Assembly (NCBI GenBank): GCA_946496065.1
Contig: CAMMFF010000006.1
Span: 3,216-67,215, forward strand
DNA from: an uncultured Clostridia bacterium
Lineage (GTDB): Bacteria > Bacillota > Clostridia > Christensenellales > UBA1242
Reading direction: 5' to 3'
Length of the DNA: 64,000 nucleotides
How positions within the stretch are numbered: position 1 is the first letter of the stretch; each line of letters opens with the position of its first letter. The position numbers were made by a program, and so were the translations under genes. Positions 19,209-30,078 of this stretch are shown in pieces. Under the pieces are notes generated by a model. It did not search any database, was not told the origin of the DNA, and saw only the letters and a list, made by a program, of their open reading frames with translations.

Positions 19209-20021
19209 TCAATCTATTGTCATTTTCCCTAAACGACCTTTTCTGAAATCATCAACAACACTTTTTGCAGTTCTTTCCATGTCAACTTCTCCACCATTTT
19301 TGACGTATTTCCTTACTTTCGCAACACCTTCAAGTGTTGTCTCTCCATTATATCTGTTTTTAATATTTTCAGGATATAGATTTGTCAAAAGAGAAAGAAG
19401 TTGTTCTGCAAGTTCAACAAAATCCAATATTTCATCTCTGACACTGCCAACATAAGCCAATTTTTTTGCAACTTCTTGGTCAGCAATATTTGGATATAAA
19501 GTCCCTGGAGTGTCATAGACTTCAATGCAATCACCAATAGGAAGCCAAAGACCGTGTTTTGTCACTCCCGCCTTATCACCAGTAATCGTTTTTGCCTTTT
19601 TGCACAAATTGTTGACAAGCGTGCTCTTCCCACAATTTGGAATGCCAACAACCATGGTTCTAATGCTTGGTTTGACACCTTTGCTTTTATATTTCTCAAT
19701 TTTGTTCTTTGCAAGCCCCTTGATTTTGTTGATAATCAAATCAGATTTACCAGATGCTGTACTATTGAACAAAATATAATCGCTTGTCTGAGTTTTGAAT
19801 TGTGGCAATAAGGATTTAATTTTATTTTCGTCTGCCATATCAATCTTGTTGAAAACATACAAGATCGGTTTGTTTTGTGTGAGTTGATTTAAAGATGGGT
19901 TTAATGAAGATAATGGAATGCGTGCATCAAGAATATAAGTCACAACATCAACTTTTTTGAGTTGTTCACTTATATCTTTAAGTGCCTTATTCATGTGTCC
20001 AGGAAACCAATTAATCTTCAT
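19209..20021 (-). CDS. rbgA: Ribosome biogenesis GTPase RbgA/YlqF
   Basis: INWFPGHM, DARIP, NKID, GIPNCGKS, DTPG and FRKGRLG motifs. Confidence 0.95.
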   Translation of the reverse strand: MKINWFPGHMNKALKDISEQLKKVDVVTYILDARIPLSSLNPSLNQLTQNKPILYVFNKIDMADENKIKSLLPQFKTQTSDYILFNSTASGKSDLIINKIKGLAKNKIEKYKSKGVKPSIRTMVVGIPNCGKSTLVNNLCKKAKTITGDKAGVTKHGLWLPIGDCIEVYDTPGTLYPNIADQEVAKKLAYVGSVRDEILDFVELAEQLLSLLTNLYPENIKNRYNGETTLEGVAKVRKYVKNGGEVDMERTAKSVVDDFRKGRLGKMTID

Positions 20022-20025
20022 AATT

Positions 20026-20081
20026 CTCCTATATTTTGTGTATTATGCATTGCATACTACAATACATATGGTATTATTCAA
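20026..20081. repeat. Tandem palindromic element, NrdR-box-like (copy 3)
   Basis: CTATATTTTGTGTATTATGCA-TTGCATACTACAATACATATGGTATTATTCAA; shares TTGTGTATTATG with copies 1 and 2. Confidence 0.5.
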
Positions 20082-20745
20082 CATCATCGAGCAAATCTTT
20101 TCTCAACTGTTTAGTTCGTTTGATACTTTGTTCTTTTCTCCATTTTTCAACTTCCTGATGATTGCCAGAAACCAGCACATCTGGAACCCTTAACCCCATA
20201 AATTCTTGAGGTCTTGTGTATTGAGGATACTCCAACAACCCATTTGAAAAACTTTCACTTTCCAAACTTTCCTTTGAAATGACACCACCAACAAATCTTG
20301 CAAGACTATCAATAATCACCATTGCAGGAAGTTCTCCACCAGTCAGAATGTAATCACCCATTGAAATTTGTTCTATGTCAAACAATTGAAAGATTCTTTC
20401 ATCAACACCCTCATAGTGTCCACAAACAAAAATCAAATGCTGAAATGTTGACAACTCTTTTGCTTTGTTTGTGTTGAAAGTCTTTCCAATTGGTGAAGGG
20501 AAGATTATCTTTGCATCTTTTGTTAAAACAGAATTTATTGCATCAAACAAAGGCTGGACAGACATCAGCATCCCTGCCCCGCCACCAAAAGGATAATCAT
20601 CACATTTTTTGTGCTTATCCTTGGAAAAATCTCTGATATTGACAATGTTTATTTCCAAAATTCCACTTTCCGTCGCTCTTGCCAAAATGCTGGTTTTGAG
20701 TGGAGAAAATGCTTCTGGAAACAATGTTAGAATATCAATTCTCAT
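20074..20745 (-). CDS. trmD: tRNA (guanine37-N1)-methyltransferase
   Basis: ILTLFPE, DDYPFGGGAGM, CGHYEGVDER, GDYILTGGE and YPQYTRP motifs. Confidence 0.98.
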   Translation of the reverse strand: MRIDILTLFPEAFSPLKTSILARATESGILEINIVNIRDFSKDKHKKCDDYPFGGGAGMLMSVQPLFDAINSVLTKDAKIIFPSPIGKTFNTNKAKELSTFQHLIFVCGHYEGVDERIFQLFDIEQISMGDYILTGGELPAMVIIDSLARFVGGVISKESLESESFSNGLLEYPQYTRPQEFMGLRVPDVLVSGNHQEVEKWRKEQSIKRTKQLRKDLLDDVE

Positions 20746-21251
20746 TCTTGACTTACCTTTGCTCCGTTATATTCGCTTCTTATAGCGTAGATTCTCTTTC
20801 CATCTTTTTTGAATATTGCTTTCTTGAAAGGAACTTCATACATATGGTCATTTTCTTTGATTATCAAAATGTCATCAAAGCCATAGTCGGTCACATCCAT
20901 AATTTGACCAATAAGTTCGTTATTTTCGTCAAAAATCAATGTTCCGACCAAATCTTCAATCAAGAAATCGTCGACAGATATTTTGTCAAATTCTTCCCTT
21001 GTGATGTAAACTTTTTTATTACGATATTTTTCTGCTGTGTTTCTGTCTGGTATTTCTTCAAACAAAACATAAGCATATCCAAGTCTGTATGTTGCAGTCT
21101 TGAACGGCGTCTCTTGCTTTTCAATGTAAAGCGCATGTTTACCATTAAAAATCGCAGGAATATCAATCAAAGGAAGTATTTTAACTTCCCCCTTGATACC
21201 CTGCGGTTTAATGATTTTTCCAACACAAACAAATTGCATATCAGTCCTCAA
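20742..21251 (-). CDS. rimM: Ribosome maturation factor RimM (start may be ATG 21239)
   Basis: VGKIIKPQGIKGEVK, DRNTAE, DLVG; synteny. Confidence 0.93.
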   Translation of the reverse strand: MRTDMQFVCVGKIIKPQGIKGEVKILPLIDIPAIFNGKHALYIEKQETPFKTATYRLGYAYVLFEEIPDRNTAEKYRNKKVYITREEFDKISVDDFLIEDLVGTLIFDENNELIGQIMDVTDYGFDDILIIKENDHMYEVPFKKAIFKKDGKRIYAIRSEYNGAKVSQE

Positions 21252-21471
21252 ACTTCACAAAAACTTTTTTGTGAGTTTTTGATGCAACAGATCTCATGAT
21301 TGTTCTTATGCTTGTGGCAGTTTTTCCATTCTTACCTATGATTTTTCCAAGGTCAGAACTTGCAACTTTAACACGATATGTTATTGTCTTCTCATCTTCC
21401 TCTTTTTCAACAGAAACACTGTTTTCATCTTCAACTAATGTTTTAACGAGGAATGTCAATAATTCGTCCAT
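21241..21471 (-). CDS. khpA: KH-domain RNA-binding protein KhpA
   Basis: DLGKIIGKNGKTA.SIR; lies between rpsP and rimM. Confidence 0.92.
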   Translation of the reverse strand: MDELLTFLVKTLVEDENSVSVEKEEDEKTITYRVKVASSDLGKIIGKNGKTATSIRTIMRSVASKTHKKVFVKFED

Positions 21472-21553
21472 AAAGTTCTCCTTAAATTACTGATTTTTCA
21501 TCTTGTCGATGAACTTTTCATTTAAAACAAAAATATTGTTTCTGTTTATCAAA

Positions 21554-21811
21554 TTATTTGTTTTCTTGTTGAATAGCACCGCTCTTAACCAAAATTGATT
21601 TAGCAGTTTCTGTTGGAAGAGCTCCATTTTTGAGCCATTTTTGAGCTTTTTCGTTGTCAATTTTGATTTCTGCTGGATTTGTCAAAGGATTGTATGTTCC
21701 AAGCAAATCGATGTATTTTCCATCTCTTGGGCTTTTGCTATCAGCAACAACAACACGATAGAAAGGTGCTTTCTTATCTCCCAATCTTGTCAATCTAATT
21801 TTAACAGCCAT
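21554..21811 (-). CDS. rpsP: 30S ribosomal protein S16
   Basis: [20 protein letters not shown]. Confidence 0.98.
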   Translation of the reverse strand: MAVKIRLTRLGDKKAPFYRVVVADSKSPRDGKYIDLLGTYNPLTNPAEIKIDNEKAQKWLKNGALPTETAKSILVKSGAIQQENK

Positions 21812-21954
21812 TTTTCTTCTCCTTATGTTAAATTTGCTTCAACAATTTGTAAAGCATTTTCGCCTTACATTATATCACACAAAATCAAACTTGTAAAGTG
21901 TTTTTGCCATAAAAATTTATTTTTAATAAAAAAGACACTTTAATATCAGTGTCT

Positions 21955-23268
21955 TTAAAACATTCGTCTAAAACCTTTTTTGTTCTTCAGTTGTTTCATC
22001 ATTTCTTTTGATTGCTCAAATTGTTTCAAAAGAGTGTTGACTTGTTGGATTGTTGTTCCACTACCTTCTGCAATGCGTTTTCTTCTGCTTGCCTTGATGA
22101 TTTCTGGATTGAGTCTTTCTTCTTTTGTCATACTTTGAATGATTGCTTTGTTGACTGCAAGTTGTTTTTCGTCAATGTTGACACCTTTCATTTTGGAAGC
22201 CATACCAGGAATCATACCAATCAAATCATTGATGTTTCCCATTTTTTTCAGACTTTCCATTTGTGTCAAATAGTCCTCAAATGTGAAAGAATTTTCTCTA
22301 AACTTCGCTTCTAATTTCTTTGCCTCTTCCTCTGTCACAGCTTCTTGAGCCTTTTCAATCAAAGAAAGAACATCTCCCATGCCCAATATTCTGCTGGCAA
22401 TTCTGTCTGGATAAAAAGGTTCAAGGTCGCCTATCTTCTCCCCAACACCTGAGAACTTGATTGGTTTTCCAGTTATCGCCTTGATTGAAAGCGCAGCGCC
22501 ACCACGAGTGTCTCCATCAAGTTTTGTAAGCACAACACCTGTGATGTCCAAATCATTGTTAAAGCTCTCTGCAATTGTCACGGCATCTTGTCCAGTCATG
22601 GCATCAACAACAAGCAAAATTTCAGTTGGCTTAACTTCTTTCTTGATGTCTTTGAGCTCTTGCATCAACTCTTGATTGATGTGAAGACGTCCAGCTGTGT
22701 CGATGATTACAACATCGTAACCTTGTTTTTTTGCGTGTTCAATTGATTGTTTTGCAGTCTTTACAGGGTTTTGAGTTCCCCTTTCAAAAACTTCAACATT
22801 TGCAGTTTTTCCAACAACTTGCAACTGGTTGATTGCAGCAGGTCTGTAGATGTCGCATGCAACAAGAAGTGGTTTCTTCCCACTCTTTTTCAAGTGATAT
22901 GCAAGTTTTCCACACATGGTTGTCTTTCCAGCACCCTGCAAACCACACATCATGATGACAGTTGGTGGATTTGAAGCGATTTGCAATTTCTGATTGTCAG
23001 AAGAAATGAGTTTTGTAAGTTCGTCTTTGACAATTTTGATGACCATTTGACCTGGAGTCAAACTTTTCATGACATCTTCGCCAATCGCTTTTTCTGTGGT
23101 GTCAGCAACAAATTTTTTGGCAACCATATAGTTGACATCTGCTTCCAAAAGAGCAATTCTGACTTCACGCATTGCTTCCTTAATTTCAAGTTCGGTCAAC
23201 TTTCCACGCTTGGTGAGTTTTGAAAAGATATGATTAAATTTTTCTGATAATGATGAAAATAGTGCCAT
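21955..23268 (-). CDS. ffh: Signal recognition particle protein Ffh
   Basis: ALLEADV, GLQGAGKTT, DTAGR, TKLDGD and SRILGMGD motifs. Confidence 0.98.
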   Translation of the reverse strand: MALFSSLSEKFNHIFSKLTKRGKLTELEIKEAMREVRIALLEADVNYMVAKKFVADTTEKAIGEDVMKSLTPGQMVIKIVKDELTKLISSDNQKLQIASNPPTVIMMCGLQGAGKTTMCGKLAYHLKKSGKKPLLVACDIYRPAAINQLQVVGKTANVEVFERGTQNPVKTAKQSIEHAKKQGYDVVIIDTAGRLHINQELMQELKDIKKEVKPTEILLVVDAMTGQDAVTIAESFNNDLDITGVVLTKLDGDTRGGAALSIKAITGKPIKFSGVGEKIGDLEPFYPDRIASRILGMGDVLSLIEKAQEAVTEEEAKKLEAKFRENSFTFEDYLTQMESLKKMGNINDLIGMIPGMASKMKGVNIDEKQLAVNKAIIQSMTKEERLNPEIIKASRRKRIAEGSGTTIQQVNTLLKQFEQSKEMMKQLKNKKGFRRMF

Positions 23269-23606
23269 TATAATTTCCTTAAAATATTATCGACTTTTTC
23301 TGAAATTTCTTTTTGAGAATTTTTGTCCGCAAGTGTTTTGATTTCCCGCAAATTCAAAACGAGATTTTGTTTTGTTCCATTCATATGCAAAGCATTTTCA
23401 AACTTGTCCAATTTTTCACAAGATTTGTCAATTGCATCAAGCACAGCCTGCCTTGTGACTTTTCGCTCTTCTGCAATTTCCACAAGCGTCATGTTATATT
23501 CAAAATATGATGTCATGATTTTTTGTCTATCTTCGCTTAAAAGAGAGCCATAAATTTCAAACAATCTCCCATATTTCACAAAATCTTGAAGTTGAATTTT
23601 TGACAT
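23268..23606 (-). CDS. ylxM: YlxM family SRP accessory protein
   Basis: YGSLLS..Q, L.EIAE...VTRQAV.D; directly upstream of ffh; AAGGAG RBS before ATG 23606. Confidence 0.88.
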   Translation of the reverse strand: MSKIQLQDFVKYGRLFEIYGSLLSEDRQKIMTSYFEYNMTLVEIAEERKVTRQAVLDAIDKSCEKLDKFENALHMNGTKQNLVLNLREIKTLADKNSQKEISEKVDNILRKL

Positions 23607-23677
23607 TTTTGCTCCTTGCCGACTTAAAACTTTATGTCGCAATTATATCATAATGTTTGATTTATTGCAACTTATTT

Positions 23678-24781
23678 TCATTGAAACAAATTCGCAATGA
23701 TAGTGTTACTGATGTGGTAAAAAATTTGATTAAGAAAAACTTTTTCTCCTTTTTGCGTCAAAATTCCTTTGTCGATATATTCAGCAAAATAAGAATTTTT
23801 TGTCAAATCATAACCCAATTTTTTCACTTCCAACAAATCAACTCCCAAATTGCATCGAAGCCCCAGCATGATGATTTCTTCAATTTGTTCCTGATTTGTC
23901 AAAATTTCTTCTTCAATTTTCCCGAGTTCATAATCTTTCAAACTTTCGGCATTTTTAAACCTTTTTCCGCCAACAAAAGAATGTGCTGAAAGTCCAAAGC
24001 CTAAGTATTCCCTTCTTGCCCAATAATTCAGGTTATGATGACTTTCATAACCTGAAAAAGCAAAGTTGCTTATTTCATATCTCTCCATGCCGTTGTCACA
24101 CAAATAGTTTGACAGTTTGGTGAACGCTTGAATTGTTTGATCGTCGCCAAGTGGTTTATACTTTCTCTCTTTTATCATTTGAAAGATTTTTGTATTTTCA
24201 TACACTTCCACCAGATAACATGAAATGTGCTTAATCCCCAGTGCAAGCAACTGTTTCGCATATCCACACAAATCTTTTCCGCTTTCATTTTCAAGTCCAA
24301 CAATCAGATCAGCAGAAACATTGTCAAAATACTTTCTTGCCAATTTGATTTTTTCAAGTGCCATTTTTTTGTTATGTAACCTTCCAATTTTTTTTAAGGT
24401 TTTGTCATTAAGAGATTGAACACCAATGCTCAATCTGTTTATTCTCAATTTTTTCCATGTTTGAAGAAGTTGTTCTGTGATTGAATTTGGATTTGCTTCA
24501 ATTGTGAATTCTGCGTCTTCATAAACATCAAAGTTTTCAAACACAGTGCCAACAATTTTCTTTATTTGCTCTTCATTTAGAACACTTGGCGTTCCGCCAC
24601 CAATATAGATGGTTCGAACAACCCTGTCGCATTTTCTTCTTCTGATTTCATCACAAAGCAAATTGATGTATTTTTCTTTTATTTCATCACTTGCACAGAA
24701 AGAATTAAAAGCACAATAATTGCACTTTTGTTCACAAAAAGGTATATGAATATAAATTGAAATATCTTTATTTCTCATCAT
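23678..24781 (-). CDS. hemW: Radical SAM heme chaperone HemW
   Basis: YIHIPFC..KC.YCAF, GGGTPS, YEISNFA and HNLNYW motifs; follows lepA. Confidence 0.9.
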   Translation of the reverse strand: MMRNKDISIYIHIPFCEQKCNYCAFNSFCASDEIKEKYINLLCDEIRRRKCDRVVRTIYIGGGTPSVLNEEQIKKIVGTVFENFDVYEDAEFTIEANPNSITEQLLQTWKKLRINRLSIGVQSLNDKTLKKIGRLHNKKMALEKIKLARKYFDNVSADLIVGLENESGKDLCGYAKQLLALGIKHISCYLVEVYENTKIFQMIKERKYKPLGDDQTIQAFTKLSNYLCDNGMERYEISNFAFSGYESHHNLNYWARREYLGFGLSAHSFVGGKRFKNAESLKDYELGKIEEEILTNQEQIEEIIMLGLRCNLGVDLLEVKKLGYDLTKNSYFAEYIDKGILTQKGEKVFLNQIFYHISNTIIANLFQ

Positions 24782-26573
24782 CTAATTTCAAAATGCTCAT
24801 GAAAGCCTCAGAAGGAATTTCAACTGAGCCAATCTTTCTCATTCTCTTTTTGCCTTCCTTCTGCTTCTCTAGCAATTTTCTCTTTCTTGTAATGTCACCG
24901 CCATAGCACTTTGCAAGAACATCTTTTCTCATGGCAGAGATGGTTTCTCTGGCGATAATCTTGTTTCCAATGCAAGCTTGAATTGGAACTTCAAACAATT
25001 GTCTTGGAATGATTTTCTTCAATCTTTCAGCAAGTTCTCTTCCCCTTGTATATGCCTTATCTTTGTGAACAATAAGTGAAAGAGCATCACACTTTTCCCC
25101 ATTAAGCATCAAATCAACCCTGACCAAATCTGCAGGTTCAAATCCTGCAAGTTCATAGTCAAAACTTGCATAACCTTTTGTTCTTGATTTAAGGCTATCA
25201 AAAAAGTCATAGATTATTTCGCCCAAAGGCAAAGTGTATTTAAGTTCCACTCTCTTCTTGTCCAGATATTGCATATCTTTATAAATTCCACGCTTGTCTT
25301 GACAAAGTTCCATAATTGTCCCAACAAATTCTGGTGGTGTGAAAATGTTGACTTTGACAATTGGTTCTTCAATTCTGTCAATTTCAACTGCTGGTGGAAG
25401 ATTTGAAGGGTTTGAGATTTCAAGCATTTCTCCGTTTGTTTTGTAAACATGATAAGAAACACTTGGAGCGGTGGTAATAATGTCCAAATTGAATTCTCTT
25501 TCCAATCTTTCAGTGATGATTTCAAGATGCAAAAGCCCCAAGAAACCGCATCTGAAACCATAGCCCAAAGCAGACGAAACTTCAGGTGTGAAATGCAAAC
25601 TTGCATCATTCAACTTCAATTTTTCAAGTCCGTCTTTAAGTTCATAATATTTTGCTCCATCAACCGGAAAAATTCCACAATAAACCACAGGTTGAACTTC
25701 TTTGTATCCAGCAAGCGGAGTATCAATAGGATTGTCAGCAAATGTGACAGTGTCGCCCACTTTGACATCAGCAATTGTTTTGATTGAAGCAGCAATATAA
25801 CCAACATCTCCAGCAGAAAGGCTGTCAACTTGTTTTGTGTTTGGAACAAAAATTCCAACTTCAGTGACTTCAAACACTTTTCCTGTTTGCATCATCAAAA
25901 TTTTATCACCCGCCTTGACAGTCCCATCAAAAATTCGAATGAGACAAATTGCACCCTTAAAGTTGTCATAGTGACTGTCAAATATCAATGCCTTAAGAGG
26001 CTTTGTTTCATCTCCAACTGGTGCAGGAATTTTTGTTATGATTGCTTTCAAAACTTGATCAATGTTTGTCCCTTCTTTTGCTGAAATGCACGGGCAATCT
26101 TCGGCATCAAAGCCAATGACATCTTCAATTTCAAGTTTGACTTCTTCAACTCTTGCTGAAGGCAAATCAATTTTGTTTATGACTGGCACTGTTTCAAGAT
26201 TATTATCAAGTGCAAGATATGTGTTTGCCAATGTTTGTGCTTCCACACCTTGAGACGCATCAACCAAAAGTATTGCTCCCTCACAAGCAGCAAGAGAACG
26301 AGAAACTTCGTAGGTGAAATCGACATGACCTGGCGTGTCAATCAAATTCAAAGTATATTCCTTTCCCTCAAAGTCATAGATAAGTCTTGTCGGAGCAAGT
26401 TTGATTGTGATACCCTTTTCTCTTTCAAGGTCCATGCTGTCAAGAATCTGACTTTGCATATCTCTCTTTGAAACTGTCCCTGTCATTTCAATCAATCTGT
26501 CAGCCAGAGTACTTTTCCCATGATCTATGTGTGCAATAATGCAGAAATTTCTTATTAAGCTTAAATCTTTCAA
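24768..26573 (-). CDS. lepA: Elongation factor 4
   Basis: [25 protein letters not shown] and [14 protein letters not shown] motifs; TTG start with AGGAG RBS. Confidence 0.98.
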   Translation of the reverse strand: MKDLSLIRNFCIIAHIDHGKSTLADRLIEMTGTVSKRDMQSQILDSMDLEREKGITIKLAPTRLIYDFEGKEYTLNLIDTPGHVDFTYEVSRSLAACEGAILLVDASQGVEAQTLANTYLALDNNLETVPVINKIDLPSARVEEVKLEIEDVIGFDAEDCPCISAKEGTNIDQVLKAIITKIPAPVGDETKPLKALIFDSHYDNFKGAICLIRIFDGTVKAGDKILMMQTGKVFEVTEVGIFVPNTKQVDSLSAGDVGYIAASIKTIADVKVGDTVTFADNPIDTPLAGYKEVQPVVYCGIFPVDGAKYYELKDGLEKLKLNDASLHFTPEVSSALGYGFRCGFLGLLHLEIITERLEREFNLDIITTAPSVSYHVYKTNGEMLEISNPSNLPPAVEIDRIEEPIVKVNIFTPPEFVGTIMELCQDKRGIYKDMQYLDKKRVELKYTLPLGEIIYDFFDSLKSRTKGYASFDYELAGFEPADLVRVDLMLNGEKCDALSLIVHKDKAYTRGRELAERLKKIIPRQLFEVPIQACIGNKIIARETISAMRKDVLAKCYGGDITRKRKLLEKQKEGKKRMRKIGSVEIPSEAFMSILKLDDEK

Positions 26574-26728
26574 GTAATTTTCTCCTGATAAGATTATACA
26601 CTATCACGCAAAAAGTTTCCAAACAAAATTTCTCAACAATCAAAAAATCAAACAAAAATAAAAAACTTTACAACTTTATTTTGAGAATATAACAAAATTT
26701 GTTATCATATTTGAAAAGGAGTTTGTGA

Positions 26729-27688
26729 ATGGGAAAATTATATTTCAAATATGGTGCAATGGGTTCTTCCAAAACTGCTTCTGCCTTGATGTGCAGATTC
26801 AATTATATGCAAAAGGGCATGAATGTTCTTTTGATGAAGCCTAAAATCGACACAAGATACAAAGAAAATGAAGTGGTTTCAAGAATAGGTTTGAGTGCTC
26901 CATGTTATGCCTTTTCATCTGATGAAAACCTTGAGAAATTTTTTGAAAAAGAAAATGAACTCAGCAAAATTGATGTTGTCATTGTTGACGAATGTCAATT
27001 CTGCACAAAAAAACAAATTGAGCAACTCAGAAATTTAACAACCAAAGTTCCTGTTTTATGTTACGGACTTATGACAAACTTCAAGGGCGAACTTTTTGAA
27101 GGAAGTAAACGTCTTGTCGAAATCTGTGACAGTTTGTCAGAAATTAAGAGCATTTGCGAATGTGGCAGAAAAGCAACAATGAATGCAAGATTTGTCCGTG
27201 GACTCATTTGCACAGAAGGAGATGAAATCAGCATTGGTGCGGATGAAAAATATAAGGGTATGTGCTACCCTTGCTTTGTTAAAGAACAGAGAAAAGCAAA
27301 AATCTATGACAAAATAATCAAGCATCTGAAAATATTGAAAAATAAAGAAGATGCAGGAAATTGGTCAACAGATTTGCCAATGGACAATGTAGTTTTGCAA
27401 AAACCTTATGTCGTTTATGATGAAGATGTAAAAGCATTCGTTGACGATTTCAAAGATTTTGAAATTAAAAACCCAGAAAAGATTTTGCTTGTTGGAGATG
27501 ACATCAATGCACTCCGCAAAATCACAATGAAAGACAAAGATTTTGATTATATGATGGCTCTCATTTCATATGTCCTTAAACTTGAAAAAATCAAACCAGG
27601 ACTTCTCAAGGCACTGATTGAAGACAACACCATGACAAAATGGCTGAAACAAATCAAAAGAAGTGTTGACCACGAGGACTTTGAATAA
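26729..27688 (+). CDS. tdk: Thymidine kinase with C-terminal extra helical domain (DUF6508-like)
   Basis: GAMGSSKT, SRIG, VDECQF, F.GS and C.CG.KA..N.R motifs; about 130 extra C-terminal residues. Confidence 0.9.
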   Translation: MGKLYFKYGAMGSSKTASALMCRFNYMQKGMNVLLMKPKIDTRYKENEVVSRIGLSAPCYAFSSDENLEKFFEKENELSKIDVVIVDECQFCTKKQIEQLRNLTTKVPVLCYGLMTNFKGELFEGSKRLVEICDSLSEIKSICECGRKATMNARFVRGLICTEGDEISIGADEKYKGMCYPCFVKEQRKAKIYDKIIKHLKILKNKEDAGNWSTDLPMDNVVLQKPYVVYDEDVKAFVDDFKDFEIKNPEKILLVGDDINALRKITMKDKDFDYMMALISYVLKLEKIKPGLLKALIEDNTMTKWLKQIKRSVDHEDFE

Positions 27689-27711
27689 GTTTATAAACAA
27701 TAAATCAAACA

Positions 27712-27739
27712 AAAAAGCATATCAAATTGATATGCTTTT
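27712..27739. terminator. Bidirectional intrinsic terminator
   Basis: AAAAGCATATCAA-A-TTGATATGCTTTT. Confidence 0.75.
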
Positions 27740-27741
27740 AA

Positions 27742-28326
27742 TTATTCTTTTTCAGAAACAACCTCTGGATTTTTAACATTTTTACTTTTTATAATTTTAG
27801 AAATAAAATAACCCAAGCCTAAACATCCCATCACAAACATTGGCAAGAATGCTGAAAGCGATTGTGATAAAAGAGATTCATAACATGATTGAATAAGACT
27901 GGTTATAGGATTAGTATAATAAAAACTTAGATCCTCTTTTTTAATGTAATCAAACAAAACAATGAGAAAAGCAAAAGCAATGATTACACAAACTATAACT
28001 ATAGACATAGAAATAATATTCAAAATTTTGATAATTTTTTCTTGTTTTGAATTTTTATATTTTATGCACTGCAAAATCATAGACAAGCTAACTAAAACCA
28101 AACTCAACAACATTAAAGAAATCAAAACAATAAAGCAAGTTCTGAACTTGGATTCTAGTCCAGTTTGTGATAAAAATGGGTCCCCACCACCATTAACGTT
28201 ATAATAATATGATTCGAATCTAAAGTTTAATAAGATTAAACCAACAAACCCAACGAAAGCAGATAACAATGCGACTGCAAAAATAATCGTCAAAATTTGC
28301 TTTACTAATCCTTTGCTGCTATTCAT
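27742..28326 (-). CDS. Hypothetical 4-TM membrane protein
   Basis: Four hydrophobic segments; GGGAG RBS directly after efp. Confidence 0.7.
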   Translation of the reverse strand: MNSSKGLVKQILTIIFAVALLSAFVGFVGLILLNFRFESYYYNVNGGGDPFLSQTGLESKFRTCFIVLISLMLLSLVLVSLSMILQCIKYKNSKQEKIIKILNIISMSIVIVCVIIAFAFLIVLFDYIKKEDLSFYYTNPITSLIQSCYESLLSQSLSAFLPMFVMGCLGLGYFISKIIKSKNVKNPEVVSEKE

Positions 28327-28349
28327 TATCTCTCCCCTAAATTGCTTTA

Positions 28350-28910
28350 TTACTTGACTTTTTCCATGTATGAACCATCTCTTGTGTCAACTCTAATGAT
28401 GTCACCTGTGTTGACAAAAAGTGGAACACGAATTACATAGCCTGTTGAAAGAGTTGCTGGTTTCAAAGAAGCCTTTGATGTGTCCCCTTGAATTCCTGGT
28501 TCTGTGTCCACAACTTCAAGTTCAACAAATGTTGGTGGATAAACTGCAAATGGAACGCCTTTATACATATACATTGTTGTTGGCATATTCTCAGTAACAA
28601 AATTCAAAGCATCTGCAACAGCATCTTTATTCAATGGCATTTGTTCATATGTTTCATTATCCATAAAATAATAAAGGTCGCCATCGTTGTAAAGATAAAG
28701 CATTTCTTTCTTTTCAATGACTGCATCTTGGAACTTGTCAGATGGATTGAAAGTTGTTTCCTGAACTTGTCCTGTCATAACATTTTTAATTTTCGCTCTA
28801 ACAAAAGGAGAACCCTTTCCTGGCTTAACGTGCAAAAAGTCCACCACGTTGTAAACATTTCCGTCCATTTCAAAAGTTGTTCCTTTTCTAAAATCTCCTG
28901 CTGTAACCAT
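28350..28910 (-). CDS. efp: Elongation factor P
   Basis: HVKPGKG loop, YFMD.E.YEQ, PG..GDT, VPLF; AGGAG RBS before ATG 28910. Confidence 0.97.
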   Translation of the reverse strand: MVTAGDFRKGTTFEMDGNVYNVVDFLHVKPGKGSPFVRAKIKNVMTGQVQETTFNPSDKFQDAVIEKKEMLYLYNDGDLYYFMDNETYEQMPLNKDAVADALNFVTENMPTTMYMYKGVPFAVYPPTFVELEVVDTEPGIQGDTSKASLKPATLSTGYVIRVPLFVNTGDIIRVDTRDGSYMEKVK

Positions 28911-29012
28911 AATCAATCTCCTATAAATAATTTATTAACAAATTTATTTTAACATACTTTATTTAATTTGACAACTAATTTGATTTAAATAATCCAAAAA
29001 TACAAGTTTAAA

Positions 29013-30062
29013 TTATTTGCTTTTGTCACCCATATCAATATATTTTTTATACTCTCCATTCAATGGACGAACAATATTTTCCAACTCTTCTTTCAATGTG
29101 TTTAAATCAACTTGGACCAATTCCTTTTGTTTATTGTTAAGTATTGATGTTGCCACACTATGACATAATGCACAAGCCAAGCACTTTGAAGCATAATCAC
29201 CTGCCAAAGAAGCATTGGCGTGAGGTTTCCAATCATCACCTCTTTTTATCTCGAGCATTGAGTGGTCATATCTGTCTTTCTTATGTAAGTGAGTGGGAAC
29301 TAAATAAAGACCATTTCCTTTTCTATAAACATAACATCTTTCTTTATTCTCAAAACTTTTGTATGTGTGAAAATTTCCATTTTCATCAGGCACAAGCATT
29401 TTCATTTCTTTTACGTCATCTGGAGAGATATCAACATTATTCATATCCTTTTTCAAATCATTCCATTCTTCTTGACCTATTGCCCACAAAAACATTCCGT
29501 CTGCATTGTCTTCCGGTGATGTTATATCCAAAGTCTTAAAAGGTAGATCCTTATTATCTGTGTAACTTGCATATGAAACAAGAAAAATTTGTTCCAATAT
29601 TTTTTTCCTTTCAGGTTTTGAATATTTCAATTCTATCATTTTCTCTGTTACCAAGTCTCCAATAACTTTTGCAACAAAAGAGCCATAGCAGTGCGAAAAG
29701 ATAGTTATATTTCTCAAGTTCTTTGCCGCTTCTGTTGTTTCTATTTTCTTCCCATCTGCAGAAATCAACGGCATGAAAAGTTTGTCAACAATATTCCTTA
29801 AAAATACTGATGTTTCTCTGACTGAATATTGATTGGAATATTTGATTGAAATGACATCAGCATCTTCATTAAAAGTTCCAAGCAAACTTTTAACAATTTT
29901 ACAATAGCCATTTGCTTGACTGCTTCGAAATGTCCCCAAACCGCCCAAAATCAAAACAATAGGTTTTGTCATTTTGAAGTTTTCCAAGTCCACAATTTCC
30001 CAATTATGATTTTTTTCATTATTAACTCTTCTGCCTAATTCAATTACACTGCTATCCATCAT
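29013..30062 (-). CDS. Hypothetical protein, possible alpha/beta-hydrolase fold
   Basis: LILGG segment and IFSHCYG elbow-like motif; GGAG RBS. Confidence 0.6.
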   Translation of the reverse strand: MMDSSVIELGRRVNNEKNHNWEIVDLENFKMTKPIVLILGGLGTFRSSQANGYCKIVKSLLGTFNEDADVISIKYSNQYSVRETSVFLRNIVDKLFMPLISADGKKIETTEAAKNLRNITIFSHCYGSFVAKVIGDLVTEKMIELKYSKPERKKILEQIFLVSYASYTDNKDLPFKTLDITSPEDNADGMFLWAIGQEEWNDLKKDMNNVDISPDDVKEMKMLVPDENGNFHTYKSFENKERCYVYRKGNGLYLVPTHLHKKDRYDHSMLEIKRGDDWKPHANASLAGDYASKCLACALCHSVATSILNNKQKELVQVDLNTLKEELENIVRPLNGEYKKYIDMGDKSK

Positions 30063-30078
30063 ATCTCCATAATTTAAG

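Noticed and set aside
21823-21833. TTATGTTAAAT, matching a XerD arm of dif
   Set aside because: No XerC arm at the right spacing, and it abuts the rpsP RBS region; likely chance.
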